In this document: in pieces, positions 25,690 to 38,189 of the stretch
Layout of the letters: every line of letters begins with the position of its first letter
Position numbering within the stretch: the first letter of the stretch is position 1
Assembly: GCF_006345805.1 (NCBI RefSeq)
Contig: NC_043007.1
Location: 47,058,001-47,122,000, forward strand
From: Octopus sinensis
Taxonomy: Eukaryota
Length of the DNA: 64,000 bases
Direction of reading: 5' to 3'
Translations under genes and position numbers: made by a program
Notes under the pieces: generated by a model
What the model saw: only the letters and a program-made list of their open reading frames with translations
Told to the model about the DNA's origin: nothing
The model's database searches: none

Positions 25690-26774
25690 TTTGTTTATAA
25701 CGTGCTTTCACTTCATTACCGAGCGCAGCTCTGTGTGCCTTGGGTATGTGCTGTGGTTTGCTGTGATGCTCCTACAGTTACTGTATTGAAAGTGTTTTGC
25801 GTAGGATGTGCGCAGTGCTCAGTAGTGCAATTTTGTGTGTGTTATATATATTTGTAAGTCCTGGTTATGTATTTGTCTGAATATTTTTTATCTTACCTAA
25901 TGCGCCTACTATGATAGTAATTGTTTCTGGTTTTAGATTCCACATTCTAGTTACGTCTATTTCCATGTCTTTGTATTTTGAAAGTTTTTCCATTTCATTT
26001 AGAAAAAGGTTGTCATCTGCTGGTATTGATACATCAATTAGAAAGCATGTTTTTTTTTTATGATTTCTCACAACTGTATCTGGTCGGTTGGCCTTAATTT
26101 CTCTATCTGTGTGTATTACCATATCCCAGAGTATGCTTTCTCGTTTTCTGTGACCTTTTTCTGGCGTGTGCTTATACCATCTTTTTTCTCTTGTTATTCC
26201 ATATTGCTGGCATAGCTTATAGTTTATGTAGGTCCCAACTCTGTCGTGTCAGTGAATATATTCCTTCTTGTCCACTACTTTAAATACTGAAAACAGTTTT
26301 TTGGTTTGGTCGTGTTTTGTGGCTATTTGTATTAGTTTTCCTTGCTTCTGAAGTAGGTATTTTTGCAGTCCTATGGTGGTTATTTTATAATAGTTTTACA
26401 CCTTCTTTACGTTGTATATATAGCCTTTCTATGTCAGATTATGTGTGGTGCATCCTAGATCCTGTCATTATTTTTCTTGTTTTCCTGTCTATTTTGGTTA
26501 GTTCATTTATTGCAGCTGTAACTTATAACTGCGATGGCTAAACTGTTAATACCTATTATCTTATTTTTCGCATTGAGCTCTGCTTTCAGTATTGAGCTAA
26601 CTCGTCTATAGTATTCTTTATTTTCGCTTTCATTTGTGTGTGTGTTGTATCGTATCTAGTTCATTAATTCCTACATAGTCGTATGTCTGGCTTTGGTCTA
26701 AGTCTCTTATTTTGTTGGCTTTATCTAGTATGATGTTACTACTCTTGACTAGTTTTCTTCTTTTCAATGTTGCT
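25690..26774 (-). mobile_element. 5'-truncated R4/Dong-like non-LTR retrotransposon (restriction-like endonuclease type)
   Basis: Minus-strand fragments QTYDYVGINE, AKNKIIGINSLAI, HDRVGTYINYKLCQQYG..WYKHTPE, ILWDMVIHTDREIKANRPD...LIDVSIP...EKLSKYKD, KIALLSTAHILRKTLSI*. (TAA)n on both sides. Confidence 0.85.
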
Positions 26775-26999
26775 TTATTATTATTATTATTATTATTATA
26801 TTTTATCATTATTGAGGTCACTGCTTGGAATCGAACTCTATTTATGTTACGTTCATACGATAGTCGAAAGACCCTTTCTGTTGGTTACTTCATTCGTTTC
26901 CCTTGCACAAGGGCTTAATGCCTTCAGCTTAAGCCCTTGGCCCAACTGGTTGAGAATGATATCGGAGAGGATTTGGGGAAACTACGTTGACATTCCAAA

Positions 27000-27112
27000 T
27001 TCCGAGTGATCCGTGTATCTTGTTTTGTCCTGGTTGCCGCTGGTGTGCTCTCGTCCTTTCGCTGCTTGTTATGTTTTGACGATTTCCGTTTGTTAGGTTT
27101 TTTTACCCTTGA
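27000..27112 (-). repeat. Fragment of the TA-associated repeat family also at 32.5 kb and 37.5 kb (opposite orientation)
   Basis: Similar composition and motifs (ttgtcctg, cgatttccgtttgtt) by eye; abuts (TA)n. Confidence 0.35.
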
Positions 27113-27548
27113 TATATATATAGATACATACATACATACATGCATACATACAAATACGTGTATATACACATATGCTTCAGAACGAAGCGTTGAATACAGA
27201 TCGGTAAGAGGAAAATAAGATGACAAATTAATAAACAATTGTTTTATGAACTCCATTCGCTTACAGCTGTTTCTGCAATAACATGCAGTGGACTAAGACG
27301 ACACCTTGATTAATATCATATATCATATAGCTTCAGAGTAATATCATATAGCTTCAGAGGAGCGGCAAATATAAAGGGCAATTCATATTCGAGGCTCCGG
27401 TGTAGCTATAAGGTGCTCCATAAGCATTCAACTATGAATCCAGTGCATCATAGAGACAGGTGTGAGCAAATGAAGTTCATAAGATAATCGTTTATTCCTT
27501 TTTCATATCATTTTCTCATATGTGTATATATATATATATATATATATG

Positions 27549-27580
<32 letters not shown>

Positions 27581-29587
27581 ATGCATATATATATGTGTGT
27601 GTGTACATACATACATACATACACACACATGTGTATATATATATACATACATGTGTGTGTCTGTGCTCACATATGAATAAGCGTAAGAACGGCTTTGATT
27701 GATGTTATATGCATTTAATAAGAGGCTGATACGGTTTTCTGCTAGATCACGCAGATATTATTCTATGTTTTGTAGGTGTGGGACACGTCCACCTCATTAG
27801 ACGAGTGGAGCTACACTGTACAATATGTTAAAGAAATCTAATTCCCCTGGATGTCTTTCTTGTCAAACTCATGTAAGGTTATCAGGGTTCTTTGTCGGTA
27901 TTGTAGCGATAGGATAATATGCATCAGCAACAGTACTTTGTTCTTTAACCTGGATATCATGCAAAGATTCAATTTGCTGTATGATAATTTTGCAACGATA
28001 ATTGTCATTCCACGTGCAGTAGAGTCAAACCTACTCGGAATCGGGAATCCAAGATTTTCTGAAACCGACTTCTCAACCACATACGCATGCACGCATGTTT
28101 GCATCCATGAATAGGTTGTATTTCAATGTTTAGTTACTGTTAGAACTTGTTTTGATGAATCTTTGTCGCAATAGGTTATTTTTACTCTGTATGTGTCTTC
28201 TATTGATAATCTTTTACATTGTTAGGTATATGCTTTATGAATATTTTCATAATTTCATCTAAAATTGTATATAAAAGTTATAAATATCATTCGTTTGTTA
28301 TTTCTTCGTTGTAACCAAATTACATACGCACGCACACATACGTACACATTCATTTACATTCCTTTCAATATTAATGGAAAACTTTTATACATATCATCTA
28401 TTTTGAATTCCATTTGAAACTTTATAAATTGCAGTTTATGTTAGAACTTTGTATTTAAAGCAATCTCTACTATTCTTTTCTTTCTTAATATAGTTTTTGA
28501 TTTTGCTTTATGAAAAGATATTATATTTAGCAAATTGAAATTTCAAACTAAAATGTAAATTTTTAATTTGAAAATTCATAAATGCTGACGAAGAAAAAAC
28601 AGCCTAGTGTAAAATCACTGTAAATATTCACGTAGTGTGATTATTAGTGATTGGGTTGGATGTGATTCGTCACCCAGAACCTCGCACTTGTTTACAAAAC
28701 TCTGGAACACATCCGCCCGAGAATATTTAACCCTTTGCCCCTTCAAGTCTTGAAGATCTTGCAACTAGATGAGGGGCACTTCTCATCATCGTGTAACTAA
28801 AATATAAATAAATGCATAAATACTGACTTTATTTGCTAAATAATTACGTTGTTATCTACCAATATTTAAACGATTTTCTATATCGATTTTTCACTATTCC
28901 TAAAACTCTTATAGTTTTTTTAGTTTTTTTACATACATTCACACTGAAAGAAGATAACGTAATGCATTATAAGTATTTTGAATGTATCTGAATATTTAGT
29001 AAGGTGAAATAAAGGAAGGTAGTGGATGTATATAACATAGGTGGAATACATTTCAGAATACATTTGTTCAACATATATACTAGTGTGTGTGTGTGTGTGT
29101 GTCTTTGTCCGTGTGTGTATCTGTGTATGCCTGTGTTTGTGTTCTATCTGAATAAGCAGGTGTGTGTACTTGTGCGTATCTGTGTGTGTCTGTGTAGGTA
29201 TGGAAGTGTGTGTGCACGAGTATGTGTGTGTTCTGATCTTTTATATGTCCGAGTATCTTGTACTGCTGGAAATAAAATAGAACAACTGATAAGATGATTA
29301 GGATTATTAAGGTAGAAACACATTCCCATCTGCCCTCTTGTCTCAACGCGATACGATCGGTTTTTATTTAATAGCACGCTAGTTTCAGAGATTGCCTGTT
29401 TTCTTTTTCTTTTTTTCCAGGAATTGATCTAATTTACCATCAAGCGAATTCTGGAAGCAGAAATAATTTATTAAATCCAAAATTCAGTTTCGATGATGTT
29501 CTGGAACACTCATTGTTCTCTTACTGTCTCTCTCCATCTATCTATATGACTGTATTATCTATCTACACGCGTGCGCGCGCGAACACT

Positions 29588-29652
<65 letters not shown>

Positions 29653-29718
29653 AGGACGTTAAACATTTCAAGTCATATCTCAAGTCATATACAATATTTT
29701 TATAGGAAGAAATTCAAA

Positions 29719-29774
29719 ATCTTACAGCTGTTTCTGGGATATCCCTGCGTATGGGACATTCCGTCATCAGAGAC
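29719..29774 (-). ncRNA. Minimal type-I hammerhead ribozyme motif
   Basis: Minus strand GUCU-CUGAUGA-CGGAAUGUCCC(AUACGCA)GGGAUAUCCCA-GAAAC-AGCU-GUA-AGAU. Palindromic stem III loop; 9 of 11 stem II pairs; C.A at the stem II base. Confidence 0.72.
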
Positions 29775-31179
29775 AAATAGTGGTGGGGATAGGAAAATGA
29801 GAATGGTATATATATATATATATATATATCAATAAGATGATAACATAGAGGAAGGGAGTAAAATAATTTTTTTTAAATGGAGGGAGAGAAGGAAAAAGAA
29901 GCATAAACGTTCATAGTTCAACTTTGCGAAGTTATAGAAATCAGACCATGAGACCTTAGGAGCAATCCATGAGTATAAGACAGCATGTGCAATCCTGCAT
30001 ATATCCACGTGCGTTAAAGTCCATGTTTTTCTATAACGACAGTTATACTTTGCGTCGACCAAACGTCACTCAGTAGCTTGAACTTGTTTCATCCTACGAA
30101 ACACGGAACTTCAAAATTTAAAAAAAAAAATCACATAGCATCTGCCAATATTCAATAGTGTAGTATCTACGAATTTAGATAGGACAATGAACAACCAGTG
30201 TAAGCGTTGTTGCGAAGAAAATACTGCAACAATCGAAACACATCTGTTAAAAGCAGATTGTACTGGCTACCAGTAACACATTGTCTACGTTGGTTTGAAA
30301 TCATCCCAAAGTGATGCATTTTATGCCAGAATGGGAAACAGTATTTCATAAACCAACACACTAATAATAATAAAAAAATATCTACTCACTGATTTAATCC
30401 ACAATTCAGCTAGAAGTTCTATGGAAACCAAGCAAAATAATTTGTCATTTATTATCATACAATTCCACAGTGGCTGCAAGCTTCAGAAATTATTTACTCG
30501 TTCTATAAGACGTTTAATTTATTTGAAAGATCACGGATATATTATAAACAGAAGCGAAAATAAAAGAGAGCAATAGTTCTTCAACACAGCCCTTGCCTCT
30601 TCCACGTATAAACAATTCACAACAACATCGCCAAACTAACCTTTGGATGAAAACAATCGGTTCTTACATATCGATGGTATAAGCCTCTTTTAGATTTCCG
30701 AAAATAACAACCAAGGAAAACTTTTCTGTTACAAAGAAAATTCTACAGCAATCGATCAAAACAAATCTGCGAAACAGTGATTAGGACAAGACTACCTACG
30801 TCTTACTGTGAATTTCTGTTCACAGATAAAGCAATGCGATTGATGTATAGTAGGCAACATCAAAGTATTGACCTCAACAAATAATAATAAAAAAATACAA
30901 ACCTAATCTCTACTTGCGAACACAAGTTGAAATGTTACAATGAATTTCAAGAATGCGTTCTTGAAATCGGAAAAAAAGTTAATTAAGAGCAGAACAAATT
31001 TTTAAGAAGTTATGTCCGATTGAATTGTACGTAAAGCAATAAATTTGCTTTTTAAGAACACCATTTACTATTTCTGTAGACCTCAACCACAAATATATAT
31101 GTGTATGTATTTATGTGCACCGCACACACATGTTTTATATATATATATATAAATATATAAATTAATAAATTCTTGTTAA

Positions 31180-32415
31180 CATTATTAAAAATAACAATAA
31201 TAATAAAGTGACGGGCAAGTTTAACCTTAATAGGCAAAATATACAAATAAATTAGGTACCGAAATACCAGCTTGCTAGAAATAAGAGTCAGCACTTCAAA
31301 GTCACATATTTGTCAGTATTAAGAACCACGCACATTGAATGCAAGAGATATAATAAATATAATAAAAATGAACCTTACCTTTGCATAAGCTACAAAGCAA
31401 GAACAGTCTCTTATTATCAATCGATTCCACCTTAAGGATCATAGCACTTAAGGATCATCAGCCAAGCTTACTGTATTCATCAGTTTTTCAAATTATTCAT
31501 TTCTGTACGCCGTGCGTTCACTTGAATGTTCTCGTGACATTCAAAAACGAACGTAAAGTAAGAAAAAATTGAAATTTAATAAAGTATTATTACCATTATT
31601 AAAAATGACAGTAATAATAATAAAGCGGTCGGCAAGTTTAACCAAAATAAGCAAATTGTACAAATAAATTAGAGTACCGAAATACAAGTTAGCTAGAAAT
31701 AGGAGTCAACACTCCAAAGCCATAAATTCTTCACTATTAAGAAATACGCACGGCAAATGTAAACGAATATAATAAGAATATACCTTACCTATGCATAAAC
31801 CACAAAGCAAGAACAGATATGTTGGTATCAATTTACTTCACCTTTTGTGCGTTAGCAGAAGGATTATCAAACAAGCTTACTGTATTAATCTGTTTTTCAA
31901 ATAAATCATGTTATTACAACACGCACGTTTGTTCACTTGAAGGCCCCGAAGACGTTCAAAAACGAACAAGCTGATATTTCGCTACCCTAATTTATTTGTA
32001 TATTTTGCCTATTTAGGTTAAACTTGCTGGGCACTTTATTATTATTGTGATTTTTAATAATGGTAATAATACTTAATTAAATTTCAATTTTTTTCTCTCA
32101 CTTTATGTTCGTTTTAGAATGTCGCGGAGGCATTCAAGTGAGCAAACGCGTACGGTGTCATGAACTGAATATTTTGAAAAATAGATGAATTCTGTAAGTT
32201 TGGGTGATGGGGCTTAAGTGCTAACGCACAAAAGGTAGATTCATTTGATAATAAGGTATCTGTGCTTGCTTTGTACTTTATATATAGGTAGGACCTATTT
32301 TCATTATATTCCTTCTATTGACCGTGCGTATGTTTAGTGGTGAGAAACTTGTGGCTTTGGAATGTTGACTCACATTTCCTCCAAGCTAGCAAGATAGTAT
32401 TTCGGTAAACTAATT
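31180..32415. repeat. About 420-bp unit: two diverged direct copies plus one inverted copy
   Basis: ggcaagtttaacc at 31214 and 31631 (period 417); 31985-32415 is the reverse complement of one full period. Confidence 0.9.
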
Positions 32416-32429
32416 ATATACACACATCA

Positions 32430-32924
32430 CACACACACATATATATATAATATATCAATAAATAAAATAAAACATATGCATATATATAAACATATGTGTA
32501 TGTACCTACCTCTACATGTACATATACACGAATATATGAGTACAGGACACCAAAAGGACGTCGAACACAAGGAGAAACGAAAACATAGACACAAGCCAAA
32601 GGAACTGGACATTTTTTTAAACAACAAATATATTTATATATACATATATATATACATATAGATATATATATATATACATATATATAATAATATAAATAAT
32701 ATATATATATATGTATGTATATATACATATATGTACATACTTACATATATATGCATATACAGATGCATGTGTGGGCAGAGGACGTCACAGAACATAAACA
32801 ACATGAAGTATGAAATACGAATACATGGAATATGAACATTTTTGCGTAAAACGAAAGAAACAATTGCCAAACAAGACAAGCAACATAGAGAACAACCCTT
32901 CATCAGTTGTCGGCTTCTATGTAA

Positions 32925-32930
<6 letters not shown>
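32430..32930. repeat. TA-interleaved repeat family, copies A/B
   Basis: tatatgagtacaggacacca and cccttcatcagttgtc shared with 37340-37856. Confidence 0.75.
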
Positions 32931-32992
<62 letters not shown>

Positions 32993-35591
32993 TAGTTTTT
33001 TTTTTGTAATATTTTTCAGTTACAATTCGTCACGTGGAAAATCTTTTTATTGCAACTTTACACTATACTTATGTAAATATAGTTACATATTAATGTGTAT
33101 GTGTATATATATACATATATATATATACATACATATATATATATATTTATGTATGTATGTATGTATATATATATGTGTCTGTGTGTATCTCTATCTATGT
33201 ATCTATCTATGTGTATGTCTGTATATATAAGTATGAATGTGTGTGTGTGTGTTTATGTATATGCATCTTTACATATGTAGATTCATATATATGTGGTGGG
33301 GAGTGTAGTTGTTTGAAAATATGCATGTGTGCAAGCGACAGAAATATAAACTTTCCCCAAGAAGACTGAACCGCCGAAAGCTCCCACAAATAACTTTTGG
33401 AGAATAATCAATAAATTTTGTAAATTCGCTCTTTGAAATAGTACGATATCCTTAATCATGGATGTTGCCAATGAAGAAAACAAATATTTAAGAAAAAGTC
33501 TAACAAAGGAACGGGATATAGTTCCACTAAGTCTATATGCACAATGAATGTGAAATACGATAGATGTTTTCATGTTTAATAAATACAATTCATACGATTC
33601 ACCGCTAATATAAAGTTCACATAACTTTTAGCGCTATAGTGTATTTGCTTATTTCATTCGTTTTGTATTTTTCGATGTTTGATTAGTTATAGACTTTCAG
33701 ATAACATAGACGTCAAATTATACGTTCCCTGGAGAGAAAAAAGGAGATTATAAAGTATAAACATTAAATACACATTGATATCAGATTGTATGTCTCCCTT
33801 TGTGTTCCTCATCATTTTGCTGAAGGTCACAGTGAATAAATTTGGGTTAGTTCCGCATAAATAATTATTGTGCGCGCATACATCACACAGAAATACAACC
33901 GCATAACAAATAAAAAGCATCACTGGCCTCACTTTTTTATAATCCACATTGCAGAGGTTTTCTTGATTATACCGTTTTCTTTCACATAATTGATTAACCA
34001 TGCAATTTTCTCGTCTTGCTTCTTTCTACATTTTTCAGTTCACATAGGATTTTCGACTAGCTTTTGTTTGAGTCTTACCGATAATATTCTTTTGTGTTTT
34101 ATGCGAGGTATCTCATATCTTATTAAATTCCTGGAGGAATATTTCATACATCACCTTAAATTAGTTTATATACGACAAGCCAATATATGTAGAACAGCCA
34201 CTGTATGTAAAACAATCAAACTATTTAGGTCATACCAGTGTATTTAGAAGGAAACACTGTATTTGTTGTAGGTTAGTTTATTGAGAGAGAGCTGGTGTAT
34301 TTAGGGTACGTGAATATATTTAATCCAATATGAGAAGGCATGGTAATTTCTTTTAAAAAAAAACATTGTAGGAAAGCAAACGAGTACATTCAAAATATAT
34401 CTGTATTTGCTTTAGTGTATTTAGAGGAAGTCTGTTTAATTAGGATAAATTAATGTGTATTAAACAAATCCATTAAACGAATGTATTTAGAGCAATTCAC
34501 ATGTATTTCGACGAATCGGCTAAGACATTTGTGAGTTGGATAGAATGTTCTATGCTATTTCTACAGATATTCTACCTTTCGGGGTCAAAATAAACTCCAA
34601 TGCAGGCTGGTACGTTTGCAGGATTATTAGGTCCCTTGCATTGTAACTGCAACGACTGCGAGGTAACTAGTGCCAGGTTGTAACTGTTCACGTCGGTGAA
34701 CTTTCCATTGTATAAGCATCAGTCGCATAGATAAGTTAGACTTGCGAGTGTCAGCAATTAACTACTGCAAAAAAATCTTCTCCAAGCCTACACACTTAGA
34801 TGCAAATATGAGGAGACCCCCTTCAGTCATGAATGACCATGGGATTGCACCTAGAAAGTTCACCTCCCAGGCACAAGTCCGGACAAAGTTGTTTATGGAA
34901 GGTCAGCAGTCTCTCCCCCACACACCTACTTCCTTCCACCCACCTCTCCTCTCTTGCTCCGACTCCTTACTTCTTCTCTTCACTCCTACCCCCCTTCTCC
35001 TTCCCTTCATCGTCACCCCTCCCTCGTAACTCCACCCCACCCCAACCTTACACATTCCAACTCCACCTTCGCTATCCTTCCCATCTCTTAATCCCACTCC
35101 CACATACCATATCTCTACCCCCAGCCTCAGCCTAACCCACACCCACCCTTGCTTTCCCCACTCTCGCCTCCCCAACCTCCCAACACCATCACATCACACC
35201 ACACCACACACCACTACACCATGCACCACCATACCGCACACCACATCACACCACCACGCACACACTAGCACTGACCACGTCCCAGCACCACATCTTCACA
35301 CCTATACATACACGCACACGTTAAGATTACCAGCCCTCTTCCACACGCACATACATACTTCTTATACACAAGCACGCGCACCTTCGTTTTGGGATCACCA
35401 CAACTGTATTATCTCGCCTTCATCCTAGCTGTTCTTCTTGTGTAAACCTTCAGTCCAGCATTGGCCATGATAGATCGCAAGCTACTACACATTCTTTTTA
35501 TTTTCTCTCCTTGTTTCTTTCTGTGTTCCCTAATACAACGGTTTGTTTTGTACATAACCTGTCTTCGTCTATTGTTTCTTTGTGAATTTTT

Positions 35592-35628
<37 letters not shown>

Positions 35629-35669
35629 GAAACTTGATCAACCGAGCACTTAAAACAAATCGAGACGTG

Positions 35670-36070
35670 AATCCTTACTATTACAGACACAAGGACTGTA
35701 ATTCGGGGGGAAGGGCCCAGTCGATTAGATCGACCCCAGTACAGAACTGATACTTAATTTATCGACCGCGAAAGGATGAAAGGCAAAGTCAACCTCGGCG
35801 GAATTTGAACTCAGAACGGAGCAGCAGACGAAATACCTATTTATTTACTACACACAAGGGGCTAAACACAGAGGAGACAAACAAGGACAGACAGACGGAT
35901 TAAGTCGATTATATCAACCCCAGTGCGTAACTGGTACTTAATTCATCGACCCTGAAAGGATGAAAGGCAAAGTCGACCTCGGCGGAATTTGAACGCAGAA
36001 CGTAACGGCGGACGAAATACGGCTACGCATTTCGCCCGGCGTGCTAACGTTTCTGCCAGCTCGCCGCCTT
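35670..36070 (-). mobile_element. Dimeric tRNA-derived SINE family B
   Basis: Minus-strand head aaggcggcgagcTGGCAGAAACG...GTTCAAATTCC; two tandem copies of gccgaggtcgactttgcctttcatcctt...aagtaccag. Confidence 0.85.
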
Positions 36071-37269
36071 TCTGTGAATAGTACATGGAGATTACATGAT
36101 TTTGACAACCTACTGCAAGTTAATGAACATAACATCGTTTTTGTATTCTTTTTTACAGTGATGTGTCATGCATGTACTGTGATGTCTATCTGTAACTATA
36201 TAAACCTGAATCATCAGATTGAATTGGGTGAGGTACGTATGTTATATTGACCAAGATGTCCATTAAAATAAAACATTTAAAAAGAGACACATTAACATAA
36301 TACGTACAAAGTATATTAAGTTGATATGCAATGATCCACCACATGATCATCTTTAGAATTCTATAAAATTCTATAATAAAACAGAGTAATAGTATTTAAA
36401 GAAACCACCACCATACACATACACACCAAAAAGCAAAGTAACGCGAACACATCTGTGGAAGTATTTGAGCCAGTTTAAACTACTGTGTCCGTATTATTCC
36501 ATACTGTTGTTGTTATGTTTTTGTCTCGCTTTCAAATTGATGGAGATAAAAAAAAAATTTTTCTATATTGACCTTATAGTTTGTTGTGTGAATATATATG
36601 TACGCACGCATGTTTGTATGTGTGCGTAAGGGTATGTCCGTAACTAAGTGACTGTTTGTTTCACCATTTTTTTCCTGAACAGACTTAGATGAGACAACAG
36701 CAACAAGCAACGATTAACGCTACTAAAAATTTCATACATTTTGAAGAAAAATGAATGAATTACAAGAAACAAGTATACATGTATACACAGATACATAAAT
36801 AACTCACTAAATATAGATCAACCTAGACATTTATTTATTTGGTTATTTACTTTACCCTATATTCCTGCCCTCACTCACACACATACAAATATGTACGTAC
36901 ATATATATGCATGTACTTATACTAACATATATAAATATGTATGCATATATATGTGTGTGTGTATGTATCTCGGGGTGCATGTTTTTCTATGATTTGGTTT
37001 GTGGGCTATTGCATGTGCCTGTAAATATGGAGGAGTGTAGGTATAGGGAATGTACATTTGTATATGTATAATGAATAGTGTCAACGATATACAGACCTAC
37101 ACAAATATCAACTAGAGCATAGCATGCTACACGCGCACAAACACATGTGAGTGTATATATATATACATATATATATAATATAATTCGAGACAAATCTGAT
37201 TTTTCCCTGTAATGTTGGATTCATTCCCTAATATTTATTATTATATATATATTATATATATATTATATA

Positions 37270-37302
<33 letters not shown>

Positions 37303-37339
37303 AAAACTTACTTCGAGAAGCGAAACGAAGAGAAAAGAC

Positions 37340-37440
37340 GCGTGCGTTCGGTCATATAATAACGATATAATAAATAAATAAAATATATGCATATATACAT
37401 ACATATATGTACATACTTACATCTACATGTATATATACAA

Positions 37441-37508
<68 letters not shown>

Positions 37509-37854
37509 TACAGGACACCACAAATAAACGTAGAACACAACGAGAAACGAAAACAAAATCAAACAAGGAAAGGGACTTTTTTTAACAACGAAAAAACAGA
37601 GTGCAAGACAAACAATACAAGGAAAACACCCCTTCATCAGCTGTCCTTGCATATATTTTATTTATTTATTATATATATACATATATAATATAATATATAA
37701 ATATATACATATATACATGCAAATATGTATATATACATGCATATATGGGTACACGACATCAAAAACTTCGTTGAACATTGAGAAACGAGAAAGACAGCAT
37801 AAAGAATATTCCCCTTCTTCAGTTGGCCTGTTTCATCTACTCCACGTTTCGAAG

Positions 37855-37856
<2 letters not shown>
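37340..37856. repeat. TA-interleaved repeat family, copies C/D
   Basis: Paralogous to 32430-32930. Confidence 0.75.
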
Positions 37857-37921
<65 letters not shown>

Positions 37922-38125
37922 TATGTGTATGTATCTGTGCGTGTCTCTTTGTATTTATATATATATATACATATATATATGATATATACATACATATATA
38001 TATATATAAATATATACATATATATATATATATTATAATATATATATATATATAGAAATATAAATACACACACACATATAGGTATGTGTGTGTGTATATA
38101 TATATGCATATATACATACATATTT

Positions 38126-38189
<64 letters not shown>

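Noticed and set aside
27838-28114. Overlapping open frames on both strands with complex peptides; similar stretches at 29829-30361 and 38866-39277
   Set aside because: No recognisable domain, no convincing splice-site pairs, and stops in the most protein-like frames.
31420-31465. CUGAUGA on the minus strand in the 420-bp repeat
   Set aside because: Followed by GAAUC rather than GAAAC and not conserved in the other two copies.
33687-33728. Strong minus-strand acceptor then GTYNLTSMLSESL*
   Set aside because: Could be a terminal exon, but unsupported by any upstream exon or homology.
34730-34900. GC-richer segment that resembles a recalled RTE-type repeat
   Set aside because: No protein motif or second copy in the window; recall alone is insufficient.
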